Source: Cellvibrionales bacterium (GTDB taxonomy: Bacteria; Pseudomonadota; Gammaproteobacteria; Pseudomonadales; JAHEGP01). Taken from it: a DNA stretch of 40,069 nt. The DNA lies in assembly GCA_024645065.1 (NCBI GenBank), contig JAHEGP010000003.1, forward strand, positions 1 through 40,069, read 5' to 3'. The notes under the pieces are model-generated. The model did no database searches. It was given only the letters and a program-made list of their open reading frames with translations, and was not told where the DNA came from. Every line of letters begins with the position of its first letter. Position 1 is the stretch's first letter. Both the position numbers and the translations under genes were made by a program. Shown one piece after another: positions 19,494 to 28,741 of the stretch.

Positions 19494-20485
19494 ACCGCCT
19501 CATGCCGCATGCGGTAAACCAGCCAGAGAAAAAACGGCCCGCCTACCAGTGCGGTGACCACTCCCAGCTTCAGCTCCTGCTGCGGCGATAGTAACTGCAC
19601 TGCAGCGTCCGCCAACAACACCATCACGGCTCCCGCGATGGCACTGGGCAATAACAGCCGGCCGGGCTCGGCGCCGACCAGCGGCCGAATCAGGTGCGGC
19701 ACCACCAAACCGACAAATCCCACGTTGCCACTGACCGATACCGCCGCCCCCACCGTAAGCGCGACACCAACAATAATGAAAGCTCGTTGGCGCCCGATAT
19801 TGAAACCCATGCTCTGGGCACCCTCCTCCCCAAAGCTGAGCGCGTCGAGGAAGCGACCGCTACCCAACAGGCACAGCCATCCAGCGAACATAAACGGAAC
19901 CGCTATGGCGACATCTCTGATGCTGCTGTCGGCCACTGACCCCAATAACCAGTAGACGATCTCACTCATGGCATAGGGATTCTCGGAAAAGTTGAGGGCC
20001 AGCGAAATCAGCGAGGATGCGACGGCATTTATCGCCACCCCGGCCAGTATCAGCCCCAGCACGCTGGCCTCCCGGCCGGCCAGGAAGAATATCAGCATCA
20101 CCCCTAGCGCGGCACCTACCAGGCCACCCAGGGGCAACAGGTACCACGCCAGCCCGGCAAAACCAAAATAAAACGTGATGACTGCGCCAAGGGCAGCACA
20201 ATTACTTACCCCGACCAGGCCCGGGCCGGCCAGGGGGTTGCGCAGCAAGCCCTGCATAGCGGCGCCAGCCAGCCCCAGGCAGGCGCCCACCAAGCCCGCC
20301 AAGATTGACCGTGGCAGACGGATCTCGAGCAACACCAGCGCATCCACCGAGCCCTTGCGCGCACCGCTGGAGAATACTTCGCTGAGTTTTAACGGAAAGG
20401 GGCCACTCAAGAGGTCCAGCAAAAATGCCAGCAGCAGGGCCAACACAAGGAACGGCAGCAGCCACCAGCGAGGCTTTGATCGCAC
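19490..20485 (-). CDS. FecCD/BtuC-family ABC permease
   Basis: EIRLPR, QGLLRNPLAGP, WLLGS, GFVGLVVPH, GGPFF; GTG start at 20485 overlaps the upstream TAG (TAGTG). Confidence 0.9.
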   Translation of the reverse strand: MRSKPRWWLLPFLVLALLLAFLLDLLSGPFPLKLSEVFSSGARKGSVDALVLLEIRLPRSILAGLVGACLGLAGAAMQGLLRNPLAGPGLVGVSNCAALGAVITFYFGFAGLAWYLLPLGGLVGAALGVMLIFFLAGREASVLGLILAGVAINAVASSLISLALNFSENPYAMSEIVYWLLGSVADSSIRDVAIAVPFMFAGWLCLLGSGRFLDALSFGEEGAQSMGFNIGRQRAFIIVGVALTVGAAVSVSGNVGFVGLVVPHLIRPLVGAEPGRLLLPSAIAGAVMVLLADAAVQLLSPQQELKLGVVTALVGGPFFLWLVYRMRHEAV

Positions 20486-21321
20486 TAGCGTAAATCCCGC
20501 AGTTCGGCAACCGCCTGCGCAACCATCGGTGTCGGGCAGGACCAAAGCCGGCCGTCAATCCGGGCCGTGGCGCTGGCAGCGATATTCTTTTCGAGCGCAG
20601 GATGGCGTAATTTTTTTTGCGCCAGTGAGTTCATATTGGGCTCCTGGTCATCGATGATATACAGGTCCGGCTGGTGACGCAGCAACTGTTCCAGCGGGAT
20701 TACGGCACCGTATTGATTGCCCAGGCGATCCGACAGGTTAGCAAAACCCGCCGCCTCCAGCACCGCGCCCGGCAGGGTTTCGGCCCCGGGGCTGTAGCCG
20801 TTGGGGGCGTAGATGACAGCCAGTGGCCTTGGGTCCGCCGGGGCTGCGCGCCCCGGGTCCAGCTGGCGATCCATTGCGGCGAGCAGTTCTGCGCCCGCGG
20901 CTGGCTGCTGCAACAGCGCTGCAGTATGGGCGATGACAGTAGCGACATCTTCCAGCGACTTCGCCCCCGGCACCAGCTCGACCCGATAGCCCAGCTCACG
21001 CAGCAACCGAACCAGGCGACGATCGGAGAGTTCATAGGCCAGAACAAGGTCGGGGTCGAAAGCCACTATCTCCTCGACCCGGGCATGGTTCAGGGGTATC
21101 TGCCCAACCCGTTCGGCATATGCTGAATACACCGGGTTGGCGGCCATGAAAGAGACCGAACTGATCCGCTCGACAGGGGCCAGCAGCAACAGCAATTGGT
21201 CAGTACAAAGGTTGATCGAGACGATACGTTCGGCGGCCTGCGTGCGCCCGCCACAGAGGTAACACAGGATCAACAGTGTTAGCCAGAGGCACCGGCGGTC
21301 GAGCTTGACGGAGGGAATCAC
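20485..21321 (-). CDS. Periplasmic binding protein, BtuF/cobalamin-like
   Basis: Signal peptide; RIVSINLCTDQLLLLLA; C-terminal WSCPTP (Cys pair typical of this subfamily). Confidence 0.85.
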   Translation of the reverse strand: MIPSVKLDRRCLWLTLLILCYLCGGRTQAAERIVSINLCTDQLLLLLAPVERISSVSFMAANPVYSAYAERVGQIPLNHARVEEIVAFDPDLVLAYELSDRRLVRLLRELGYRVELVPGAKSLEDVATVIAHTAALLQQPAAGAELLAAMDRQLDPGRAAPADPRPLAVIYAPNGYSPGAETLPGAVLEAAGFANLSDRLGNQYGAVIPLEQLLRHQPDLYIIDDQEPNMNSLAQKKLRHPALEKNIAASATARIDGRLWSCPTPMVAQAVAELRDLR

Positions 21322-21600
21322 AAACTATGGCCTGCAACAATGGACACGCTTGTCAGGCACACAGCAAGGCGCACTCGACCTGCGGCACTTTAGGAACAGT
21401 GCCCATTATTGTCAAACGTCAGGACCGGGGGTCGCAGAGTAATGATCCCAAAGAACCTCACTGCAGGTACTCCTGCCTGCACCACACTTTCGCCTCGCGG
21501 CTGCCCCCGACAGCGACTTGCGCTGGCTGATACTTTTCTGGCATGGTGCGCGCCTTTCAAACAACAAAGCGCACCTTGTTACATTACGAAGCGGGCAACT

Positions 21601-22227
21601 ATGAGCACCTCAAGCAGCAACCCTCATGCGGTAAAATACCTTGGCACGCTGGCGCTCAAGTCCAGTCATCCCGCCGTTAAAAAACTGCGGCGTGACGGCC
21701 ACGAGCCCTCGATACATGGCAACAAGGTATGGCGCTCAAGCTTTGTACTCATGAACTATCTCAAGTCCAAGCCCCTGCCGGAGGGGGCCAGGGTGATCGA
21801 CGCCGGCTGCGGCTGGGGGCTGACCGGGATCTACCTCGCAAAACGCTTCGACGCCCGGGTTACCGGTATCGATGCGGATGCAGACGTGGCTCCGTTCCTG
21901 GCGGCCCAGGCTGCCATCAACGATGTCGAAATTGACTTCCAGCGCAAAAAGTTCCACCAGATCAGCAAGCGGGACCTGGTTGGCGTGCACACCCTCATCG
22001 GCGCCGATATCTGCTTTTGGGACGAACTGGTGAAACCGCTTTACCGTTTGATCGGTCGCGCCATGAGCGCGGGGGTGGAACAGGTACTGATTGCCGACCC
22101 CGGCCGCAGCCCGTTCTGGGAGCTGGGCAGGCTGTGCGAAGAAAAATTCAACGCGACCACAATCGAGCGCCGGATCAGCAAACCCTACAACACCAGCAAG
22201 CAGATTCTCGCGGTGCAGCGACCCTGA
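21601..22227 (+). CDS. Class I SAM-dependent methyltransferase (Methyltransf_16/METTL21-like)
   Basis: ATG 21601; HGNKVWRSS, VIDAGCGWGLTG, IGADICF, ADPGR. Confidence 0.75.
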   Translation: MSTSSSNPHAVKYLGTLALKSSHPAVKKLRRDGHEPSIHGNKVWRSSFVLMNYLKSKPLPEGARVIDAGCGWGLTGIYLAKRFDARVTGIDADADVAPFLAAQAAINDVEIDFQRKKFHQISKRDLVGVHTLIGADICFWDELVKPLYRLIGRAMSAGVEQVLIADPGRSPFWELGRLCEEKFNATTIERRISKPYNTSKQILAVQRP

Positions 22228-22264
22228 ATCCCGCTCAACCATTTTGAAAATTTGACTCAGCGGT

Positions 22265-23248
22265 TCAACCATACACCCCGGGGTTGGCGCAGTGGGGTAG
22301 CTCCCTGCCCTGCAATCCGGCCACCAGGTTGGCGACTGCCATGCTCGCCATCTGCTCGCGGGCATGTCGGGTAGCACTGCCGATATGTGGCGTTAGCACC
22401 ACGTTCGGCAATGCCAGCAGCTCGCTATCAGGTTCCAGGGGCTCGCGCCCAAAAACATCGATACCGGCGGCAAACAGGCGCCCGCCGCGCAGCGCCTGGC
22501 ACATGGCAAGCTCATCCACAATTCCGCCGCGGGCCGTGTTGACCAGGACCGCGCCGGGCTTGATCCGCTCAAATGCCGCCCGGTCGAGCAACATTCTCGT
22601 TTCTTCTGCCAGGGCGAGGTTTACGCTGATGAAGTCCGACTCCGCCAGCAACCCGTTCAGGCTTGCAGCCTCCACGCCAGCGACTTCGCGCCCCGATCGC
22701 GACCAGCCCATAACCCGCATATTGAAGGCCGCGGCGCGGCGCGCCACGGCCTGACCGATAGCCCCGAGCCCGATGATACCGAGCGTCGCGCCGTGCAGGT
22801 CACGACCCAACAGCATCTCCGGATACCAGCGATTGTCGTCCCGCCAGCACTGGTTGCGAATGTAGCGGTCGGCCTCAACCACCCGGCGCGCCGCCGCTAA
22901 CAACAGCGCAAAGGTGAGGTCAGCCGTGGTTTCCACCAGTACGCCCGGGGTATGTCCAATGGCGATACCGCGGCGGCTGGCGGCAGCCTGGTCGATATGA
23001 TCGATCCCCACCGACATGGTCGACACTACCCTCAGGCCAGCGCAGCGCTGCAGCAACTCGGCGTCAATCTGTTCAGTGAGCATACACAACAGGCCATCGA
23101 CATCCGCCGCTCTGGCCAGTAATTGCGCCCGCCCTATCTGTCGGGGCTGTTGCCAAATGTCCAGTTCGGCTGCGGCCCGCAACGGCGCCAGGGCGGATTC
23201 AGGTAACTGCCGGGTCACCAGTACTTTTGGCCTGGCTGTATGCATCAT
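22265..23248 (-). CDS. D-2-hydroxyacid dehydrogenase (glyoxylate/hydroxypyruvate reductase, GhrB-like)
   Basis: SVGIDHID, TPGVLVETTADL, GIIGLGAIG, NTARG, DVFGREP, TPHIGSAT. Confidence 0.9.
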   Translation of the reverse strand: MMHTARPKVLVTRQLPESALAPLRAAAELDIWQQPRQIGRAQLLARAADVDGLLCMLTEQIDAELLQRCAGLRVVSTMSVGIDHIDQAAASRRGIAIGHTPGVLVETTADLTFALLLAAARRVVEADRYIRNQCWRDDNRWYPEMLLGRDLHGATLGIIGLGAIGQAVARRAAAFNMRVMGWSRSGREVAGVEAASLNGLLAESDFISVNLALAEETRMLLDRAAFERIKPGAVLVNTARGGIVDELAMCQALRGGRLFAAGIDVFGREPLEPDSELLALPNVVLTPHIGSATRHAREQMASMAVANLVAGLQGRELPHCANPGVYG

Positions 23249-23492
23249 CACAGCTTTGCCTACCTACGCGTTATGGTTTCAATGTGGCAAAAAGCTTGTC
23301 GGAACACCGTTGCGCCGCAACAAACGATCGAACCACTATCTGAGTCAATTGCCTGGCTTGTTCCTGCTTTTCAGCAGCACCGGGCCCGGATCATCGACAG
23401 GACCCATGCAGATCACGAATTCTGCCTCTGGCTGATAAAGAATTACGTCCACTCCCTGCCCCCACGGAATGACCGTACTAACCCCGACCCAT

Positions 23493-25376
23493 TCAAACCT
23501 CCGCCAGATTGCCCTTGCTCTCCAGCCATTTTTTTCGGTCCGGGGAGCGCTTTTTCGACAGCAGCATATCCAGCACCTCGCGGGTGCCATCGGCGTCATT
23601 GATCGAAAGCTGTATCAATCGGCGGGTATCCGGATTCATAACGGTATCCCTTAGCTGCATGGGATTCATCTCACCCAAGCCCTTGAAACGGGTGACCTGG
23701 ATTTTTCCCTTTTTCTTTTCCGCGGCAATCCGATCCAGCACCCCGGATTTTTCCGACTCGTCGAGGGCGTAGAATACTTCCTTGCCGACATCGATGCGAT
23801 ACAAGGGCGGCATCGAAACGTAGACATGCCCCTGGGCGACCAGCCTGGGAAAGTGACGCAGGAATAGCGCGCACAACAGGGTGGCGATGTGCAGGCCGTC
23901 GGAATCGGCGTCGGCCAGAATACAAATCTTGTTATAGCGCAATCCGCTGAGGTCGGAGTTTCCAGGCTCGATCCCGAGCGCCACGGAAATATCGTGGATT
24001 TCCTGGGATGCCAGCACTTCGGATGACTCCACTTCCCAGCTGTTGAGAATCTTGCCCCGCAGCGGCAGGATGGCCTGGTACTCGCGGCTACGCGCTTGTT
24101 TCGCAGAGCCGCCCGCTGAATCGCCCTCCACCAAAAACAGTTCAGTTCGCTCCATATCACCGCCAGCGCAATCCGCCAGTTTGCCCGGCAGGGCTGGGCC
24201 TGAGGTAACTTTCTTGCGAGCAACCTTTTTGCTTTTCCGCAAGCGCCCCTGCGCGTTGCTGATAAAAAGATCCGCCAGGCGGTTGGCCTCTTCGGTATGC
24301 TGGTTGAGCCAAAGCCCGAAAGCATCCTTGGCGACGCCGGATATGAAGGCCGCGCACTCGCGTGAGGTCAGCCGCTCCTTGGTCTGGCCGGAAAACTGTG
24401 GGTCAGCCATCTTGGCAGACAACACGTAGGCACACTTGTCCCAGATATCATCCGGCGTCAGTTTGATTCCCCGGGGCAGCAGGTTGCGGAATTCACAGTA
24501 CTCACGCACGGCTTCCAGCAAACCGGTACGCAAACCATTGACATGGGTACCGCCCTGGGTGGTGAGGATAAGGTTGACATAGGATTCGGCGGTTACCTCC
24601 CCTTCATCCACCAGCCATTGCACTGCCCAGTCAACGGCTTCGTTGCCGCCGGCGAAGCTTCCCACGAAGGGCTGCGCCGGCAGGGTTTCGCAGCCCGCTG
24701 TGGATTCCCTGAGGTAGTCGGTAATGCCGTCCTCAAAATACCATTCCTGCTTGTCACCACTGGCTTCGTCCTCGAAGATTACCCGCAGGCCCGAACACAA
24801 AACGGCCTTGGCCCGCAGCGTGTGCTTGAGCCTGGATACTGAAAACCTGGGCGAGTCAAAATACTTTGGATTGGGTGAAAATTGAACCGTTGTCCCGGTG
24901 TCACGCTTCTTGCAACTGCCGATAATTTCCAGCCCACTCACCGGCTCACCATTGGCGAACCGCATTTCATAGACATTGCCATCACGCCTGATCGTGACTC
25001 GCAGGGCAGCGGACAGGGCGTTAACCACCGACACTCCGACGCCATGCAAACCTCCGGAAAACTGGTAGTTGTCATTGGAGAATTTGCCACCGGCATGGAG
25101 CGTGGTCAGGATCACCTCTACACCCGGCTTGCCGATTTCAGGATGCATATCCACCGGCATACCGCGGCCATCGTCGCTGACGCTCACTACGCCGTCGCGA
25201 TGCAGCAGCAGCCGAATTTCACTGCAGTGACCAGCAAGCGCTTCATCCACACTGTTGTCTATGACCTCCTGGGCGAGGTGATTCGGCCGGGCGGTCTCGG
25301 TGTACATACCCGGTCGCTTGCGCACCGGATCCAGCCCGGTGAGTACTTCAATATTCTGTGCCGTATACTGGCTCAT
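23493..25376 (-). CDS. parE: DNA topoisomerase IV subunit B
   Basis: MSQYTAQNIEVLTGLDPVRKRPGMY, EVIDNSVDE, GGLHGVG, EGDSAGGS, PLRGKILN, DADSDG, RFKGLGEMNP; about 627 aa, lacking the GyrB insert. Confidence 0.97.
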   Translation of the reverse strand: MSQYTAQNIEVLTGLDPVRKRPGMYTETARPNHLAQEVIDNSVDEALAGHCSEIRLLLHRDGVVSVSDDGRGMPVDMHPEIGKPGVEVILTTLHAGGKFSNDNYQFSGGLHGVGVSVVNALSAALRVTIRRDGNVYEMRFANGEPVSGLEIIGSCKKRDTGTTVQFSPNPKYFDSPRFSVSRLKHTLRAKAVLCSGLRVIFEDEASGDKQEWYFEDGITDYLRESTAGCETLPAQPFVGSFAGGNEAVDWAVQWLVDEGEVTAESYVNLILTTQGGTHVNGLRTGLLEAVREYCEFRNLLPRGIKLTPDDIWDKCAYVLSAKMADPQFSGQTKERLTSRECAAFISGVAKDAFGLWLNQHTEEANRLADLFISNAQGRLRKSKKVARKKVTSGPALPGKLADCAGGDMERTELFLVEGDSAGGSAKQARSREYQAILPLRGKILNSWEVESSEVLASQEIHDISVALGIEPGNSDLSGLRYNKICILADADSDGLHIATLLCALFLRHFPRLVAQGHVYVSMPPLYRIDVGKEVFYALDESEKSGVLDRIAAEKKKGKIQVTRFKGLGEMNPMQLRDTVMNPDTRRLIQLSINDADGTREVLDMLLSKKRSPDRKKWLESKGNLAEV

Positions 25377-25593
25377 GGATACAACTGACCTTGTTGAGGA
25401 TGGAAAGTAATGAGGACAGCGAACAGACCGGCGACGATGCAACCGACCACCAGCTCGCTTGGGGTGAGCGCATTTTGGCAACTGGTGGCTTTTAGTCAAG
25501 GATTAGCAGCGACAAATTGCCCGTTGATGTGTCGCATTTTCAGCCTGATGGTGTGCAGCCGGCGCAATTGCGTGCTGGTTGCAGCGCAAGCGC

Positions 25594-26409
25594 TCAATAA
25601 CCATTGCATTCGTAGTCGGCATCAAAGAGTTCAGCGGAGATCCGCCCTACCTCGGTACCAATCGAGCCATCTTCTTCCAACCACAAGCGACGGTATCCCG
25701 GTTGCTGGTGATCGACTTTGAAATGTTCGCTGCCCGGAGCGAATTGAACACAGCTTGAAGGTGTGGCCAGTAGCCGGTAATGCTGTCGCTGCAGATCGAA
25801 CTCCTGGTGCACATGCCCCCACAATAACGCCTTTACCCGCTTGCAAGCATCCAGCATCTGCAACAACCTGGCACCGTTGCTGATGATTTGCTGGTCCAGC
25901 CAACGACACCCTATGGCCACCGGATGATGATGCACGCAGACCAGCAGGTGTTGGTAGTCGGGCTGCTGCAAAAACTGCTCGAGCCGCTCCAGCTCGGCGT
26001 CGGCCAACTCGCCGCCCACCGCACCGGGAATCTGGGAATTCAACAGGATAATACCCCAGCAACCTGCCCCGATAGTCTTCGCCATATGGGCTGCTGCCAC
26101 CGCCTCCATATTCGCGATATCGTCGTGATTACCAGGCAGCCAGGCGTGCAGGATACCGGTCGCATCTACCTGGCGCCGCAGTTCCCGATAAGCAGCGACA
26201 CTGCCGTCATCAGAAAGATCGCCGGTGAGCAGCATCAGGTCACTGGCACCAGTTTCGGTGGCCGCGCGCAGCACGTGCGCCAGGCTCTGACGGGTGTCTA
26301 CTCCCGCAAGCCGGTTATCTGCAGCGGCGCCGATATGGGTGTCGGTTACCTGCAGGACCGCCAGCGGCCCCCCGTTGTGATCAAGTTTCAAATGCAAAAC
26401 AGTTCCCAT
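25594..26409 (-). CDS. cpdA: 3',5'-cyclic-AMP phosphodiesterase
   Basis: Metallophosphoesterase motifs DTH, GDLSDD, GNHD, HHHP, GHVHQ; TPSSCVQF; synteny with yqiB and parE. Confidence 0.93.
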   Translation of the reverse strand: MGTVLHLKLDHNGGPLAVLQVTDTHIGAAADNRLAGVDTRQSLAHVLRAATETGASDLMLLTGDLSDDGSVAAYRELRRQVDATGILHAWLPGNHDDIANMEAVAAAHMAKTIGAGCWGIILLNSQIPGAVGGELADAELERLEQFLQQPDYQHLLVCVHHHPVAIGCRWLDQQIISNGARLLQMLDACKRVKALLWGHVHQEFDLQRQHYRLLATPSSCVQFAPGSEHFKVDHQQPGYRRLWLEEDGSIGTEVGRISAELFDADYECNGY

Positions 26410-26660
26410 ACCTCATACTTGTGTTGCAACGGTTCGCAGCTTCCTTGCAACGACCATCCCGCTGGCCCAGCGCCCCGGCTGGAATAATACAGGCTCCCGC
26501 CTGCCACGGCTCTATTCACGCCCGCCCCATAGCGGTCCCGCACGAGGTCCTGGAGGCGAATAGAGAGCCATTGTGACGGGTCCGGCATTTGTTCACCATG
26601 CAATCCTGCGGCATTAGTCGTCGCCATGTTGCCACGGTAAAGCAGGTAAAATGGCAGGTT

Positions 26661-27113
26661 TCAGCTGAGTAACACGTGACTGTGTACGGAACGCCCGTTG
26701 GCAAGGCAAAGGCTCAACCACTCACCGAAAAAGCGGTTCAGCTGAAATTTTTCATCGCGTTGGTACATTCCGGCATTCGGATAATCGTAGCGCGGTTTGA
26801 TATGGCGATGCCCCTGGCAGGCTACTACCTCTGCCATACGGGCGTCGTGGTAAACACGAACCTGGAACTGGGGTGGCGGCGCCGCACTCGCCGCATTGCC
26901 GCACTGCTCTATATCGATGATCGTCGTGTAGGGGGCCCGCTCCAAAATCCTTACCGCCACGTCGTGGCCGCCGAGGGCATCGACGATAAAGCCGCCCACA
27001 GTATCGCCCCGCAATTGTGGCATTAGCTTTTCCAATGCCACATAGTTGGCGGCGCACAGCGCTTGCAGGCCTGCCAGATCGACCTTGTGACGGCTTCTGT
27101 GGTGAGCTCGCAT
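26661..27113 (-). CDS. yqiB: DUF1249 protein (YqiB-like)
   Basis: CAANY..L, PYTT, VRVYHDARMAEV, YDYPN..MYQRDEKFQLNRFFGEWL..CL; likely ATG 27113. Confidence 0.88.
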   Translation of the reverse strand: MRAHHRSRHKVDLAGLQALCAANYVALEKLMPQLRGDTVGGFIVDALGGHDVAVRILERAPYTTIIDIEQCGNAASAAPPPQFQVRVYHDARMAEVVACQGHRHIKPRYDYPNAGMYQRDEKFQLNRFFGEWLSLCLANGRSVHSHVLLS

Positions 27114-27215
27114 TGAACCGGATTTACTCCTGCCTGATGAAGTTACGCCCGGATACAGTAGCAGAATTCGGCGCCATGCCGCAATTCGACTGAAAGCAGT
27201 TTTTCGATGATTTTT

Positions 27216-27234
27216 TGCAACAAACTTTGTTACA
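27216..27234. promoter_or_regulatory. Imperfect palindrome (candidate operator) in the yqiB/tolC divergent region
   Basis: TGCAACAAA-C-TTTGTTACA, 8 of 9 arm positions complementary; overlaps a TACACT -10-like hexamer. Confidence 0.4.
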
Positions 27235-27282
27235 CTGGGGCGCAATAAAAATCCGGCGAAAATACACACAGCAGGGGTCGCT

Positions 27283-28728
27283 ATGTTTTGCAGACGCACC
27301 AGGACGCTTCTCAATCGCGCCGCAATTGGCCTTACCGTATTGACATCATGCTCTCTTGCTACCGCCGACAACCTGCGCGAGATTTACGAACTTGCCCTGC
27401 GCAATGATCCGACGATTCGCGCCGCTGAGGCGAACTACAAGGCCGGCCTGGAAAATGAGAACCTCGGGCGCGCCGGGCTGCTGCCCCAGGTCAATGCCAG
27501 GGCCGACTACAACTCTACCGACCTGAGTAACACAGGCGGCTTCGTCATCCCGATACAGGATCCCAACACGGGTAACATTGTCTCTGTTGAATCCAACAAC
27601 AATGACACCAAGGCAGACACCACTGCCTGGGGAGTCAGCCTCGACCAGCGGGTTTTCGATATGCCGGCCTGGTTCAGCTTTACCCGGGGCAAGGAACTGT
27701 CTCGCCAGGCCCAGGCGCAGTTTGCCGCCGACCAGCAGGACCTGATCGTGCGCGTTGCAGAAGCCTACTTCGACGTCCTGCGCGCCCTCGACAACCTCAA
27801 TGTATCCCGCGCCCAGGAGCGCACCAACAAGCGCCAGCTGGAGCAGACCCAGCAGCGCTTCGACGTTGGCCTGATCGCCATTACCGATGTCCACGAGTCC
27901 CGCGCCGCCTACGATCTGGCGGTGGCCCAGCGCCTGAGCGACGAGGGGAGCCTCGGGGTCGCGCTGGAACGCTTGTCGACCTTGACCGGGCAGCAACATG
28001 AGAACGTCTGGCTGCTCGAGGAGGACTACCCGGTGGTGGATCCCGACCCCATGGAAAAAGAAGAGTGGGTCGATTTTGCCCTCGACAACAATTACTCCGT
28101 CAAGGCGGCAGCTTACGGCCGGGATGCGGCCAACGAGTTTGCCAAAGCCAGGAAATACGAACATGCCCCCAAGCTGACCGCCAGACTTGGCTATGACGAC
28201 TCGAAGACTGATATTGAACGGGAAACCGATAATTTCAGCACAGATTTCAACCAGGATTTCGACGGCACATCGGTGCGCCTCGACCTGAGCCTGCCAATCT
28301 ACAGCGGCGGCGCCATCAGCGCTTCCCGGCGCCAGGCCTACGAGCAGTACAATAGCGCCCAGGAAGTCTACGCCGGTACCGTGCGTAACACGGTGCAGGC
28401 AACACGGGCACTGCACCTGCAAACCACAGTCGACGTGGCGACGACCAATGCCCGGCGCCAGGCTATCACTTCCAGCAAAAGCGCCTTCGAAGCCACCCAG
28501 GCCGGCTATGAAGTGGGCACCCGGAACATTGTCGACGTGCTGAACGTGCAGCAAAACCTGTTTACTGCGGTTCGCGATTACGCCAACGCACGCTATCAGT
28601 ATGTTCTCGATATGTTAAGGCTGAAAAGGGAGGCCGGCATCATCAGCCCACAGGATGTGTACGAGCTGAACAACTGGCTCAAGCCGCCGGATGCGCCGAC
28701 GCTATCAGGCACACCCCTGACCCAGTAA
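27283..28728 (+). CDS. tolC: TolC-family outer membrane channel
   Basis: Signal peptide; IYELALRNDP, LIVRVAEAYFDVL, RFDVGLIAITDV, GYEVGTRNIVDVL; conserved position. Confidence 0.93.
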   Translation: MFCRRTRTLLNRAAIGLTVLTSCSLATADNLREIYELALRNDPTIRAAEANYKAGLENENLGRAGLLPQVNARADYNSTDLSNTGGFVIPIQDPNTGNIVSVESNNNDTKADTTAWGVSLDQRVFDMPAWFSFTRGKELSRQAQAQFAADQQDLIVRVAEAYFDVLRALDNLNVSRAQERTNKRQLEQTQQRFDVGLIAITDVHESRAAYDLAVAQRLSDEGSLGVALERLSTLTGQQHENVWLLEEDYPVVDPDPMEKEEWVDFALDNNYSVKAAAYGRDAANEFAKARKYEHAPKLTARLGYDDSKTDIERETDNFSTDFNQDFDGTSVRLDLSLPIYSGGAISASRRQAYEQYNSAQEVYAGTVRNTVQATRALHLQTTVDVATTNARRQAITSSKSAFEATQAGYEVGTRNIVDVLNVQQNLFTAVRDYANARYQYVLDMLRLKREAGIISPQDVYELNNWLKPPDAPTLSGTPLTQ

Positions 28729-28741
28729 ACCCGGCCTGGTT

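Noticed and set aside
21497-21515. GCGGCTGCCCCCG, resembling part of a cobalamin riboswitch
   Set aside because: Wrong strand for the btu-like operon, and the other conserved elements (GGGAA, ACTGT, B12 box) are absent.
23252-23492. Small ORFs in the gap between parE and the dehydrogenase
   Set aside because: No motif and conflicting frames on both strands; cannot be supported without a homology search.
26388-26627. 79-aa ORF between yqiB and cpdA
   Set aside because: No resemblance to NudF/YqiA or any family I recognise; overlaps the cpdA start.
27346-28554. 402-aa antisense ORF over tolC, and similar long shadow ORFs (e.g. 17034-17825, 34354-35232, 38654-39505, 12238-13086)
   Set aside because: They lie opposite well-supported genes, have no recognisable motifs, and are expected from codon bias in GC-rich DNA.
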